A DNA stretch of 64,000 nucleotides from Felis catus (lineage: Eukaryota). Location: NCBI RefSeq assembly GCF_018350175.1, contig NC_058383.1, positions 19,160,001 through 19,224,000 of the forward strand, read 5' to 3'. The translations under genes were made by a program, and so were the position numbers. Below the pieces are notes generated by a model. That model did no database searches, was not told where the DNA came from, and saw nothing but the letters and a program-made list of their open reading frames with translations. Below, piece by piece: positions 37,537 to 51,823 of this stretch. Each line of letters begins with the position of its first letter. Position 1 is the stretch's first letter.

Positions 37537-40500
37537 GGTGTTCCCATTTTTAAATGGTGGCATCTAATTCAAAATTAAAAAAAAATACCTCGTATACCAA
37601 AAGAGGAAGAGACACACAGAGGCAGACAGAGAGAGAGAAAACAACAACAACCCCCCCCCCCCAACAAAAAACAACAAAATCTCAGAAACTTGTTTTTAGG
37701 CCAGTCTGCAACTTCTGACTTAACCTGTTCCACTTCCTTTGCCTGCACAGCAGCCCCATTTGGGGAGAAGGGGAGGCCCAGAGAGGTGAGAGCGTTTGCC
37801 CAAGACAACGGGGGGCCAGCGTGGGGCTGGGGGCCAGACCCCAACCTCAGCCTTCCAAGCTTTACCCACGACATTCCCCCTACCAGCCTCCTCCCCAGGC
37901 CCCAGCCCATGTGGGTCGGACCTTATTTTCAAGGCCGGCTCCTGGACTCCAAAGAGAAAGAAAACTCATTGCAGTCTGATGCTGAAGGCCAAGGTCAGCA
38001 TGACACATCTCAAATGCTCAGTGACCGTCCCTGGATTCCAACAGAGCAGTTTCTAAAGGGCATGTCTGCCAGAGTCATTTTTAAATTGACGGGGACTAGA
38101 GCCTTGCAGAACTCTGGGGGCAGCAAGGCATTGTCAGAAACCCTTCCAGTGATAATTTGTCCACTTGTGAGCTCGGAGGAGAAGGGCTCATTTCTCTGGG
38201 CCCAGCTTGTCAGCCTGATAAACCCACACTTACTGAGGACCTACGGGGTACCAGAAACCAGACCAGGAGGCTTTGCAGCCATGATCTCATTTAACTTGTC
38301 CAGAAAACGTGTTACGATTGGTCGTAGCATTGATTCCATTTTTTAGCCAAAGAGACTGAAGCTCAGGGAGGTTAGATAAACGCCCAAGCTCAAATCCAGG
38401 CTTTTTGGACCCTCAAGTCCAGGCTCCTTCCCCCCTAGCAAGGCATCTACCTGGAAGTGGTGGAGAGATTGCCTTCTTTGCAGAGGTCTGTCTGGGGGCC
38501 ACAGCAGAGGCTGGGGTGGTCAGGGAAGGCTTCTTGGAGGAGGTGACCTTATATGAAGAAAGAAGGTGTACTAGTTTCTCATTGCTGTTGTGTGACAAAT
38601 TAGCACAAACCTAATGACTGGAGGTCAGAATTCCAAATGAACCTTAGGGAGGCCAAAATCAATCCAGGCTAATGTCCCCATCTCAAGATCATAATCACAT
38701 CTGCAAAGTCCCTTCTGTCCGTGTAAGATAACATAGTCACAGGCTGGGGAAATTAGGATGTGGGTATCTTTGCAGGCCATTATTCAGCTGACCCCAGGAG
38801 AGGACAACAGGCACGGGAGGGCGTGGAATGTTCAGCAGGCAGCCGGGCTGAGGGGTTAGAGGTGGGAGGGGCTGATTAGGACCCACGCGTCAAGGGCACT
38901 GAATTCCGCGTTGGCGCATTTGAACTTCATCTTTTTTTTTTTTTTTTTTTTTTAACTTCGTCTTCTAGAGCAGTGCTTTCCTCACGCTTGGACGGCTGCG
39001 GATCTGGTGAAAATGCACACACCTTGAGTCAGTAGGTCTGGGTGGGGTCTGAGAATCCTCATTTATCACAGGCTCCCAGGGGCTGCAGGTGCTGCTGGTA
39101 GGCTAGCGAGGCTTTAGAAAAGGATGGTTCTAGAAAAGATGGTGATGCAGAAAACAGTCCCCCCCCCCCAGGCTCCGTGTTTCCAGAGCATCACCCCGGT
39201 TGGCATTTGAATGGCATTCTCTTCCCAAACTCTGTGTTACCCAACATTTTTGCACATCTTCTGAGAGTGGCCGCCGAGGATGGTCACCCTGACCTCCAGT
39301 CCAAACCTGAAAGGTTCTGTCTGACTCATGGAAGGAAGATTCCCAGTGTCGTGACTTTGGCAACTCACTAGCCTTCTCAGGCCTTCGTGGAAAGGATGTG
39401 GGCTGGGGCGGACAAGATGACTCTCGGGAACAGCTCTCAGATCTGTGCTCTTGAGTCCCGTGTAACAATGCGGGCATATTTTTAGAGCTGAATTGTCTCT
39501 CCTTTTAATCTAACTCTTTGAAAATTGGCACCTTCATGTGTGGGGTGGCGTGGTATTTGCTGGAACTTCCCCTGTCCCTGAGCAAGGGGACAGCTGAAGC
39601 TTTGCTGGATAGTTCACTCCTACATGGAGATATATCAGCGAGGACCGTGCAGGGTCTTAAAATGTTGCTTCGCTGCAGAGCGTCAGGGACAGAAATGGCT
39701 TTAGACCTCGTTGCACAGGGGGCTGTAAACTCAAAGGCTCAAGAGAGCTAGATGGGAGCCAAGGGTGATGGGCACTGCGGAGGGTCTGTGCTGACTCAGA
39801 AGTACGCGTCCTGTTTGAGGGGGAGCAGCCCCAGCTCAGCCCCGCAGCCCTTGTATGAGGATGCGGGTCCGGCACGGCTGTATGCACCCGTCTTGCAAGC
39901 GAATCCAGAAACCTGGATGAAATTTCATGTGAAGGCTCCTATTTTTAAATGTTGATAATGAATTCAGATATTTTTAAAATACTGTGTGGGCCAAACAAGA
40001 CATTTTTGTGGGCTGGATTCGGCCTGTTGGCAGCTTGTTGGAGCATCCACTTGTTTCACCGGGAGGGAAACTGAGGCCCGCAGAGGCACCTTCGGAAGGC
40101 CCCACGGCGCCGGCTGGAACTCAGGGCTGCTGACACGCGGTGCAGTCACCTTCCTGTGGTCTTTTGCGACGCTCTTCTTCGGGGAAGCCCCTTTCCATGC
40201 CCCTCCCCCAAACCTCATTCCCTGCACCTCTCAGAGGGTCACCCTGCTTCCCAGTCTCACAGCAGCAAGCAGCCTGGCAGGTGGAAGCCCCGCCCCCCGC
40301 CCCGCCCCGCCCCCACCACCACCACCGCTGTCCCCAATCTGCCCTCAACCTGCTTTGTGACATGGGCATGTCCTAAGTCCTCACTGGGCTAACTTCTCAT
40401 CTGCAGATGGAGGGCTCAGCGACCCCTGGAGTCTGTCCCGAGGCCTCTGGCCTTCTCCTCCCAGCCCCTGAGCATCCCCGAGCCTGAGAGTATTGACATT

Positions 40501-43500
40501 TCGCAAACAGCAGCTGTCATGAAGCCGTTTGCAGCCTCAGAGCTCCTGGCCTGCGTCATTTACACGATTTCACGTGCTGGGTCTCAGGGGGCGTGTCGCC
40601 GAGCCCAGAGCCAGCAGCCACTGCGCCATACCTTATTGATTTGACATATTAGACTGATGGATTTGGGCGGGGGGGGGGGGAATGTTTTCTCTTGAAATGC
40701 CGTGGTGCCTTGGGATTTCATCTGATTTTGCAACAATTCCCCTCTGCTCCCCAGAAGGGTTTTATTTGTCCAGTGACTGAGATGTGCCGGTTCTAGGCTG
40801 CCTACTCCTTGGTCACATCCTACGGGACTAACAATGACGATGACAATAATAGTAACAGCTCACGCTTATATAACACCTGCTGTGCGCCAGGCACTGCCCT
40901 AAGCACTTTGCTCATCAATTTACTCGCTTTGTCCTCACGTTGCCCGCAAACTGGGTGCTATATCTATCCCCGATTTTCCGACGAGAAAACCGGTTCAGTG
41001 GGAGCACGCCACTTGCCCAAGCGTCCCAGGCAGTGCCTGGCAGAGCCGGGGATCAACCCAGGTGGCCCAGCCCGGGGCCGTGATCTTCACACTTGTTGCC
41101 CCGCCCCCACTTATAATTATTCTAATCGCCCATAATTATACTTAGCGGGAAGTGATGGTAACACTTAGCTCTTTTGAATACTTCCCAAGTGTCAGGCTTG
41201 CGCGATTTATAGATAGTGTCTCACTTCATGCTCAGGACAAGCCTGTTATGCCCATTTCTCAGACGAGGAAACCGAGGGACAGAGTCGGATGAGGCCTCTG
41301 GCCAAGGCTGTAGATGCAAGACACGGTTCCCACCCGTGATTTCCCACTCAGCCAGACGGGCCCTGGAAACTATCTTGGCAAGGGAGGGTACTGGGGCGAA
41401 AGGGAATTTGTTCTTGCAAACCCATCAATTCCATCAATGGAGGGTCAGGGTTGATGTTATGAAGCTGTTTTTTAAAAAGGCAGAAAGTGCAGCTAACGGG
41501 ATTAGCTGTCACCCCACGGGCCCTGTACCTGATGAGAAGCCATTTCATTTCTTCTGCCCCGGGAGGTCACCGGTTCTCAGCTGCAAATCGAGGCTTGCGT
41601 GCCAAGTTTCAGAGACCCGACACAATCATCTGTGTGATTACTGAGGCTTTCCGGGCGTCACAAAGGCAAGACCCCACCGTCCTGGCCAGAGGCTGCCCGC
41701 CCACTGTCCTTTCTGACTTCCTTTAGTCACACGCGTGTGCCTCCATAACACGAATCGTGACGAGCACCGATTGCCAGCCAGGCCCTGTGTGGCGGTTCCA
41801 ATGTTTTGTCATTCGAGTTCTACCTTCTCTCTATCTCTGTGTGCCAGACGCCAACATCTGCCGGCTGGCATGGGCTCCGTCTTTTTCTGAAGCCGACTCA
41901 CTTTCTTGCACAAACATTCGGAAGGGAACTTTGGATCAGTGGTGCTTGTGCTTGAGGGTGCGTCAGCGTCACCTGGAGAGCTCGTCACAACATACATGGG
42001 TCTGGAGGCCCAAGGGTTAGCATCCCGTGTTCCTGTGTGCCTGCTACAGGTTGGAGAATGCTGGCTTAGATCGCTGCTCTAATTGGACCCCTTGCCATAA
42101 AACGCGATGTGTAAGGGAGGGCCCCTGCAGGACTCACAATCCCCCAGATAGTTCAAACGAAGGCGCTTTAATGAAAAAGTCCACATAGAGGCACGGGAAG
42201 GGCTAAGAGCATCTGAGGCCCCCAAAAGCTGGCAACAGAGGGGAGCTGTTAGCACCAGCCTTGGCAGGGGGAGGAGAAAGGGTGGGAACAGTGTGAAAGC
42301 CGCAGATGCTTGGATCCCACAAACTTGGGATGGAGCCTCTGCCAGAGAAGGGGCTCCAGACAGGGAGCAGGGCAGACAGAAAACAATCAGACCTTCCTCC
42401 TCCCACCCTCCGATTTCTAGCTGGTCCTCCTCATTGCTCAGCCAGAGGGCTGGGGAGTCTGGGGGTGCAGTCCCAAGGAGTCAGGCCCCTGAGGCCCAGA
42501 GCCGGGCACAGAAGGGCGGAGAGCAGTGGCTGGCTGGGGGAGGGCGGGAGAGGGGCGGGGCTGAAGGAAATTGTCAAAATGTCCTTCAAGTCTGCCCGGG
42601 ACCTGCTGAAGATTCTGTGAGCCCTCTCCCAGTTTTAAATAATTAACAAGTGGTAGAAAGGTGTTAAGGACACATTAGCACCAAACAGAGGCTCTTTTGA
42701 TCGAGGTGATAGGATTTATAAAAATAACAGAGAAGCGAGTAGCTTCTTCACTTTTTGACTCAGACAATTCAGTGTTGTGGTTAGTGTAACGCCACCTCTC
42801 CCCTGGGGGGAAACACAGACGGGGAGATGGCACCCCCCAGTGTTAACTCACTTGGGGTACTTAGCAGCTCACATCAGGCATCCGTCGTTCGGGGGTTGCA
42901 GCTGGGGGAGGACGGGGATGTCAACCCCCTAGTCCAGCAGGCGGGTGACGGTTGGAGGGTGGGCAGGCACTGGAGCAGAGCGGTCCGCGTGCTGGCAGGT
43001 GGCAATGTGCACAGAAGTGTTGGGGCAGGGGCCGCTGGGCTCCCATGGTGTTTGTCGCCTTCACGGCTCTCTGCCCTGCCCCTCCCCTTGAGTATTCATG
43101 TTCCCGTGGATCAACCTCCCCCCCTTTTCTCTCTTGCTTCACATACTTTGCACGAGCATGTCAACCGCTCTCGGGCTACCGTCTCTTTGGCAATCAGAGT
43201 AGACATTTATTGCGTACCCGTGATTTGCCAAGGTCCGCACCCCTCCGCCTGAGCTCCAGCTTCCCCCCGGACATCCCGTTGGAGGTCCTGCAGTGGATGT
43301 GGAACCTCATTGTCTGCCTGCCTTAGCGTTACCTCATTCTCCGTGAAAAGCATCACATCTGCTCAGCTGCCCAGGCGGGACACGTGGCCCCACCATGGTC
43401 AGAGCCCACAGAGCCCGTGCATCAGGAGTTATCAGGTTTTCCACTTGTCCTCACCCCCAATGTTGCCATGGCAGACCCCCCCCCCCATCCTTCTAGAGAG

Positions 43501-43904
43501 GGCCTCCTGACAGGTGTCCTTTCCTTGCTAAGACCCTTAGGTCCCCACTTGCCTCAGCAGCATGGGCCAAGCCCACCTTCCACGGCCTGGCTTCTGGCAT
43601 CCTCAAGACCTGTCTGCTCTTCCTTGAGACCTCCTTCCCCCGACATCTGGTGGCCAGCTGGCCTCCGGATCGCTGAGGACTGAAATCCACTCTCTCCCCC
43701 ATCCCACTCAGTGGCCACCCCCTTGCAGGAACTCTGGCTCAGGAATTGTTTGGGATGCTGGAGAGCATGTAGATAAGAGCCATGGCCAGGGAACCCCGTG
43801 CCCTCAGACCCAGACGGGCCCCTCTGACCAGCCCAAGAGCGGGGAATGATACGATTTCAAGGTGGCTACTCTAGCCTGCCAGCTTACAGCCATGATGAAT
43901 CCTG

Positions 43905-44370
43905 GAGTCAGAGAGGCCTGGGTGTGAACCCAGACTGTACCACTGTCTGGCTGTGTAGACTAGTTGCTGAGTCCCTCCGAACCTAAGTTTACTCCTCTGT
44001 AAAAGATGAGAATTTTCCGAGAATCTTCTGTTTGTTGGCTTCATTCCCTAAACAGTACGTATTGGATGTCCCTAGGACATTCCCAGTGGAGGGAACAATC
44101 TTATAAAGGCAGAGATGTGGGCAGGACATGTTTGACAGGTTTGGAGAACAGAAAAGGTGAAGATCAGGACTCTTTGTTGTAAGTGATAGAAATTCCACCT
44201 CAAACCAGCTTAGGCAAAGACAAGGAATTCATTGGTTCATGTGATTGAAAGAACAAATGATGGGATGGATGCTTCAGGCACGGCTGGATCCAGGGGCTCA
44301 AACAGTATCAGGCTCAAACTACCTCGTCAGGTTTTAGGAGGATGGGGGAAAGAACACATGTGAATGCTAG
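43905..44370 (+). mobile_element. MIR split by a ~300-bp insertion (44017-44320)
   Basis: Left half ggagtcagagaggcctgggtgtgaacccag...cctaagtttactcctctgtaaaagatgag and right half ctacctcgtcaggttttaggaggatg...catgtgaatgct join colinearly with the MIR consensus. Confidence 0.7.
44017..44304 (+). repeat. Direct duplication, copy 1 (of 45207-45490)
   Basis: About 285 bp aligned by hand at offset 1190, with about 13 substitutions and one 4-bp indel (~95% identity). Confidence 0.95.
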
Positions 44371-45206
44371 TGTCTGAGATCAGATTTCCTAGAAGCAGAC
44401 ACTGAGGTGAGGATTCACGTTCAAGGCGTTTATAAAGGAAATGCCCCGGGGGAGAGTGGTAGGGAAACCGGGGGAGGCAGGGCAGGGAAATCAATCTGGA
44501 GAGAGTAAGAAGCCTAAGTAACCCTAGCCAGGCGTTGGGGATGCTAGTGCCTGGTTCTCCATGGTTAAACTTACTTATTTTCTAAGCATCTCAGCCCCTG
44601 ACGCCAACCTTACCTCTCAGCCTATCTGACAGAGCAGAGCTGGATACTGTTGGGAAGGGAGGCGGGGGTAGGGGGTGGAGTGGGGTGGAAGCCTGGCCTG
44701 GGGCCCACGAGGGCAAAGATGAGAGCAACCCCCCCCCCCCAGGAGAGTAGGGGTGCTTCGGGAGAGGCACTGAGTCAGTAAGCAGCACGGTGGTGAGGGG
44801 TGGCCTCCTCAAGCCACCAGGCCAACAGCAGCTGGAGGTGAAGGCTGCTGGGAGGGAGGCCAGGCCTCCGCAGGAGCTGCCGCCCTCCTGGCGAGGCGAG
44901 GCTCGCCCCACATCTCCTGCCTTCCTCCCTGCTGCCTCGGTGGGCCTCGGGCCAGAGAAGGGCCTCGGAGACTATGCGTGTGCCAAGCCAGGGGGTGTTT
45001 TAACAACATCCAGGCTGCCAGGAGCACATTATTCTCTTACAGAAATCCAAGGGATTGCCCAGGAGATGTGATATTTTTGTAGCCAAAGAAAAAAAGGGGG
45101 GGGGGGGAGAAAAAAAGAATTTCTCCACAGCTCTCAAAGCCCGTTGTGCTAGGAATGATAGTGGGTGTTTCAGAATCTGGATTCTTTGTCAGGGAGCAGA
45201 TAAGGA

Positions 45207-45490
45207 CCGAGAATTTTCTGTTTGTTTGCTTCATTCACTAAATAGTACATATTGGATGTCCCTAGGACATTCCCAGTGGAAGGAACAATCTTATAAAGGC
45301 TGACATGTAGGAAGGACATGTTTGACAGGTTTGGAGAACAGAAAAGGTGAAGATCAGGACTCTTTGTTGTAAGTGATAGAAATTCCACCTCAAACTAGCT
45401 TAGGCAAAGACAAGGAATTCATGGGTTCATGTGATTGAAAGAACAAATGATGGGACGCTTCAGGCACGGCTGGATCCAGGGGCTCAAACA
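45207..45490 (+). repeat. Direct duplication, copy 2 (likely donor; runs into an antisense MLT1 LTR at ~45350-45720)
   Basis: Same alignment. The MLT1 sequence continues uninterrupted only in this copy. Confidence 0.95.
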
Positions 45491-46478
45491 ACGTCATAGG
45501 ACACAATCTTTCTCTATCTCAGCTTTGCCTTCCTTGGCATTGTCTCTGCTCTCAGGAAGGCCCTTGCCACTTGGTGACTCAGTCAGTTTCATCCTTCCAC
45601 TCCCCCAGGCTCAAACTCAGTAGAAAGGAATTTTCTCCACCAATAGGTCCGGCAAAAGTCCAGCGGCTGACTCTCATTGAACTGACTTGGGTCATATGTC
45701 CATCTCTGACTGGCCAGGCTTTGTCCATAGTCCCTTCTGTAAAGTGGGGGCCTCGCTCACTGATTAGTGTGGTTTGGAAGGTAAGTCATGTGAGGTGTTA
45801 CATTTTCCACTGGCCACCCTTTTCCTCAGAAATTATATCTGCTCCCCCAATTGTATTTCTCCCTCTTGACTCTGTTTCCTGCCTCGACCTCCCTCAAGCA
45901 CTCCTGGGCTCCATTTCCAGGGGATCATGGCGGGGACATGTTCCACCCAGACAACAATGATGCTATTGCACAAACTGAGCCCTCACTAGATGCTAAGCAC
46001 AAGGTCTTTTCATTGCTGTACAAATGCATCCTCAAGGCATGACAGTAGTATGAAATAGGCGTTATTTTTATCTTTGTTGTATAGGTAAAGAAACTGAGGC
46101 ATAGAGAGGTTCACTCCTGAACCAATGACTAGAGTCATAGGGGTTATGAAGCTCTGACTGGCTACAACAGGAGTCATGTGCCCAATCATGGAGCCAGCTG
46201 CAATTGACTTGCACAGACTGGGAGAAGAAAGGGACTCCCCGGTGAAAGGATTGTAGTCAGAAGGGAGGGATAAAGTGGGAAAAACAGAGAATGCCCCCTA
46301 AACTAGGGGGCAAATGATGGCAACCGAATTTTGGAAAAAACTGGGGGGGAAAGGGAGCTGTGGCGGCTCGGGGAATGTAAACATTTGAACAGCCAAACCA
46401 CTGGAAGGATAGAGGGGCAGCCGGCATTCAGGAAGAGCTGGAACCAGGCACTCACGCTGTCATAAGGCTCAGGTTCTC

Positions 46479-46842
46479 AGGGCGCCTGGCTGGCCCAATT
46501 GGAAGAGCTTGCGAACCCCCCCCCCCCCCCCGTGAGTTCAAGCCCCACCTTGATCTTTTTTTTTTTTTTTAAACAAGTAAGATGACTGGGGCATCTGGGT
46601 GGCTCAGTCAATTGCGCCACCGATTTGGGCTCAGGTCAGGATCTCATGGTTCATGGGTTTGAGCCCCACGCGGGGCTCTGTGCTGACAGCTCAGAGCCTG
46701 GAGCCTGCTTCACATTCTGTGTCTCCCCCTCTCTCTCTCTCTCTCTCTGCCCTGCCCTGTTCGGCTTTGTCTCGCTCTCAAAAATAAATAAACATTAAAA
46801 ATACATAAGATTACTTAAATAAATCAACTTAAAAAAAAAAAA
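46479..46842 (+). mobile_element. Older short Can-SINE containing a nested felid Can-SINE (46588-46805)
   Basis: Outer head gggcgcctggctggcccaattggaagagc and outer tail agattacttaaataaatcaacttaaaa. The inner SINE is flanked by TSD taagat(g/t)act at 46578-46587 and 46806-46815. Confidence 0.8.
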
Positions 46843-46879
46843 GGCTCACACCCCGATTTGACCCCCCCCCCCCAGTCTA

Positions 46880-48120
<1,241 letters not shown>

Positions 48121-51100
48121 TATTTGTGGGACAGGGCACAGGGAGGTGGTGTATTGGCATGAGTGGATGATGGTGTCTTCCATAGAGACATAAAGGGGGG
48201 GCCGTTTTGGGGTGGCCCGCACATCACTCATCTGCTTTGGCTTATTTGCCTTTGAGACAAACGTGTGGAAGCTAGAGGGGAGCAAACACATCTAGAAGCT
48301 CAGCTACTAGTGTGGGGTGGGCAGAGACGGTGCGTAAAGGCCGCAGAGCCAGGGGTTTTGGGGGCTTTAGGGGGAACAGGACGGTCAGGACATTGTGACT
48401 CAGGGAGCCGGAGACAGAAGACTCCAAGAAAAGGCCATTGGATTAGGTGGCCAGGAGCCCAGAGTTGGTTCAGCAGATCCAGGTCACGAGGGGTTAAGCA
48501 GGGAATGTGCCAGAGAGGAGTAAAAGGAGCCTCCAAACCATAACTTCAGGCAGCCTGACAGATAGAGTGGTGGCTTGGCCGTGCACGACATCTGTTCCTA
48601 AAAAGCCAAGTGTAAATTGAATTTCTATAAATCTAATCCTATTCTTCATGCGTTGGAAGAAGCCTCTATTTAATGAAACCGAAACGAGGCGCCTTTTGGT
48701 AAGGGACATAATCTCCCCCTAACTGAAGTATGTGTGTACAACAGAGGGGTCCCTCAAAGATCGAGAGCTGCATCCAAGAGATTACAGCACGCTCCGCAGA
48801 TGAAAACACGCGTGACTTGGCGTTCTCAGGATGTGGAAATCTGACCATCATAGCAAAAGAAAGAAAAGAGAAATAGAGTGATCGTCATGGCCAAGGGTCG
48901 GTTTTGGTTCCCAGCTCTTGGGCCGCGGACGATTCTGGACCTGTGTGTCCTGTTTGAGGGTGGAGTGGGGATGGGCGGGCTGGGGCATGAGACTTGGAAA
49001 AAAACCGAAGAGTTTGCTTGACGGACAGCTTGGGGAAGACAGTGCAGATAGAGGGAACAGCATGGACAAGGGTGGCATATTCTGGAAACCTTGAGTAGTT
49101 CAGAATGACAGGAAGGCAGGGTAGGGAGAGCACAACTGACAGATGAAATCGGACAGCTGGGTGAGGGTCTTGGTGCTTTGCAGTGATCCTTAGATGTTAC
49201 CATGTAGCTGACCGCGCTGAGAATCCAGAGCAGAGGGGGATAACGGTCAGGTTTGCAGCTGGGGGTGAGGGTTCGGGCTGCGGCGTGGACAGAGCAGAGC
49301 AAGGGTGGAGGTGAGGAGACCGGCCCGGAGGTGAGAAAAGATGAGGCCCCACCCGGGTGCGGGGGCAGGGGGAACGCCGGACGCGGGCACACACACCCTC
49401 CAGCTAGGAGGCGAAGTCAGGAGAGCCGGGTGGGCCCGGAAGACAGAGAACCCAGGTCAGCTGCCTAGTTTGGAATCCACACAGTCCGGGGGGTCCATGA
49501 GCCTGGTGGGGAAGAAGTTCCATCTGTAGTTCTCTAACTTGTAACGGACACTTAGGCTGTCCCTCAAATGTGAGTGGAGGCAACAGAACCCTGTAGGGGG
49601 CAGTAGCTATGACATAGTCACCAATAATCATCTATATTTTTCCTATCGCGCTGTCGTTGGGGCAGATACCCTGAAATGCTTTCATTCAAAAGTGTGATAA
49701 TGCCAGAGCTTCTGCTGCATCTCGTTAACCTCGCGCGTTAACGAAGAAGCCCATATATTCCCATGCCACGAACTCGTTTGAATGTTTCGCTAACTAGATT
49801 TCCATATAAGGGGTTTGCTTTATAATCCCGCGTATTTTATTTTGTGTATCCGGAGACGCTCTTCTCAGGAGGGACCTAGAGGTCCAGATTGGCCAGAGCC
49901 CCTGATCTTGTGTCCCGTGGCCGGCATCTGGGCAGGGACGGGATGGGCCCGGACCCCCAAGATGGGGAAGGTGGAAAAAGCAGGTAGTGGGGGTGATGGA
50001 TCCGACCTGAGCAGGTGGAGTGTGATGTGCTGTGGGGTGTCCAGTCTCCTCTCTCTTGTTAGCGGCTCCACCTTTTCTTTCCTCTCCCCACTGCAAGCAT
50101 CGAAGAGTCCCCTTATCCCGGGCACCCAGCCCTCCCCCTCAACCTGCTCATTCCAGTCACAGAACAAAAGCGGGTGGGCGGCCCAAGGCAACCATCCCCA
50201 AGTCTTCAAGCAGACCTCTCTTGGGGTAGCAGGTGGGGGCTCCTTCCCCTGCCTCAAAGGGCTCATCAAAGCTCTCACCCCTCAAAAAGCCTGCCCCCAG
50301 AGGCCCACTGCTGAAGAAAATAAGATTGTCTTCAGTAATTTCAGACACATAAACAATACAGGGCTCAGGGAGGTTAATTGACTTGCCCAGGGTCACACAG
50401 CTGGTCAGTTACGGAGCCAGGATTAAACCCAGCTCCTGCTGGCTTCAAAGCCCCGTGCTCTTTTCATAGGATCCGAGCTGCAGGGGTGACCGGGCTGGAG
50501 GGAGAAGACTTTTAAGTCTTCAGAAAACAGTAACTAAGAAGCATGTGTGAGCCAGCTGACGTCATGAGACAGAAGTAGCGAGTGGTGGAGAGAAAGGATT
50601 TTGTATTCACGCCTGGGAGAAGATAAGTTGGGGGGGGGGGCAACAGGACACCAAGAGAGGGCTGCGTGGCCCTGGAGCCCCTGGCCTTGCCGGAGCCCCC
50701 TGAGAACAGGGTAAGGGGTGGGGAGGGGCCCAGAGGAGGGGGGTGGCCTTCGGGTTTGCTCTGATGGGAGGGAAAGGAGTGCGCAAGCCCCGTGACCAAG
50801 TCCTCTGATGCTGCCAGCCCAGCTTATGCCGAGGGGTCTTCAGCCCAAGGTCAACACCTTCTATGGTAGACGGGAAAGCAGAATTGGGGCAGCCCCTACT
50901 GTACCCAATTATTATGATCAGTTATTATAATGAACCAAGTGATTATGATTCATGGTAATAGCCAGTGCCGGCCGAGGTGCCACCGTGCACTGGCGCGGGG
51001 TTCAGCCTGCCCACACGTGTTAGCGTCTTTACCCCTCACGGTACCCTTGCAGGGGAGGGTCTGACCCTGCATGGGTTCCGCAGATGGGAATGCCGACTTG

Positions 51101-51619
51101 CCTGCAGGCACGTAGCTGCTAGGCTGTTGGACCCCCAGCCGAGCCTGCCCTATAAAGTGCTTTGAGTAGGGCTTAGCACCTGGGACTCTTGTCGTTATGA
51201 TTAGCCCCCACTGTTTTCCAATAAGCTGAGGGGCAGATCATGGCCCCAGGGACCAGCCCCGCCACAGCCACAGCGAGGCCCAGGGGTTCATGCTCTTCAG
51301 CCAAGGGAGGAGCTGGTGACAGGTTCCGGCCAGCGGGGCTGTGTCCCTGGCACAAGGTGGTTATACAGACAGGGACGGCCCCTGAGGCCTGGGTGTGGGG
51401 GCTGTGGTTGCTGGCCCACTGGCCCAGGGCCTAGGGCTCACAGTACTTTTAGGGCCCCACGAAATGTTTTAATTTTGACTACTTTTCAGATTGGGAGAAA
51501 AAAAAAAAATTAAAGTAATAGTAATGAAATTGTAAGAGTGAATCCAGACCGGATCATAATTGTCTTTCTACTGTTGCAGTCATAACATACAAGTTTTACC
51601 ATTTCTTTAAAAAAAAAAA

Positions 51620-51823
51620 ATTTTTTTTTAAATGTTTATTCTTGAGAGAGAAAGAGACACAGAATGTGAGCAGGGGAGGCGCAGAGAGAGAGGGAGACAC
51701 AGAATCCGAAGCAGGCTCCGGGCTGTCAGCACAGAGCCCAATGTGGGCCTCGAACCTGCGAACCGTGAGATCAGACCTGAGCTGAAGCCGGGTGCTCAAC
51801 CGACTGAGCCACGCAGGTGCCCC
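51620..51823 (-). mobile_element. Felid Can-SINE
   Basis: Antisense body; flanked on both sides by taccatttc. Confidence 0.92.

Noticed and set aside
43989..45388. Two near-identical small ORFs (MEFLSLTTKSPDLHLFCSPNLSNMS...)
   Set aside because: A by-product of the local duplication, partly MLT1-derived, with no coding evidence.
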